Positions 56,887 to 57,021 of a stretch of DNA of 57,021 bases are shown one piece after another. The first letter of the stretch is position 1, and the number at the start of each line of letters is the position of its first letter. The DNA comes from Candidatus Saccharimonadota bacterium (lineage in GTDB: Bacteria > Patescibacteriota > Saccharimonadia > Saccharimonadales > JACDBH01). Made by a program: the position numbers and the translations under genes. The stretch spans positions 1-57,021 of the forward strand of contig JACDBH010000007.1 in NCBI GenBank assembly GCA_013694995.1, given 5' to 3'. The notes below the pieces were generated by a model that worked only from the letters and a program-made list of their open reading frames with translations, did no database searches and was not told where the DNA came from.

Positions 56887-57021
56887 ATGGAATTAACTAA
56901 GTCAGATGTAGCTAAATTTCAAAAACTATATAAAGAAAAGTTTAATAAGGACCTGGACTACCAAACAGCACACCACAAACTGTCAATGTTGGTGTTGCAG
57001 GTAAAAACCGTCTATCAGCCA
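56887..57021 (+). CDS. Small hypothetical protein (partial, runs off the right edge)
   Basis: GGAGGT RBS, then MELTKSDVAKFQKLYKEKFNKDLDYQTAHHKLSMLVLQVKTVYQP. Confidence 0.7.
   Translation, partial: MELTKSDVAKFQKLYKEKFNKDLDYQTAHHKLSMLVLQVKTVYQP

Larger units (their letters stand above)
47393..57021. mobile_element. Integrated element / defence island at tRNA-Glu (right end lies beyond the window)
   Basis: Recombinase abutting the tRNA 3' end, R-M genes, a second (tyrosine) recombinase, visibly more AT-rich sequence; no tRNA-end duplication found in the window. Confidence 0.8.

Overview
A 57-kb chromosomal segment of a small-genome bacterium. Gene content and style point to Patescibacteria/CPR, most likely Saccharibacteria (inference: short delta subunit, cyo operon, sortase, PEGA, DUF3048 and SIMPL genes, many ORFans). 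From the left it holds a large secreted Ig-repeat surface protein (partial) and a compact aerobic respiration cluster: a long-chain polyprenyl synthase, cyoABCD with a CyoD-cupredoxin fusion, divergent cyoE, an FAD-linked GlcD/D-LDH-like oxidoreductase and a type II NADH dehydrogenase. A 128-bp MITE-like element with 20-bp terminal inverted repeats and a 9-bp target duplication sits inside this cluster. Next come queA, a consensus promoter driving an unannotated structured RNA, a UvrD-nuclease fusion, an aquaporin, and an H+-type F1Fo ATP synthase operon with four translationally coupled orphan ORFs between the F1 genes. Housekeeping genes follow (btuR, terC, smpB, pyrH, xth, tRNA-Leu, sortase, gltX, a two-component pair). 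From tRNA-Glu(CUC) to the window end is an integrated element: a large serine recombinase whose ORF reads through the tRNA antisense, a type III R-M system, 11-bp tandem repeats, and a tyrosine recombinase coupled to a stand-alone RarA/MgsA C-terminal-like protein. Many genes look leaderless. All calls come from reading the sequence and recognising motifs; no database searches were run.
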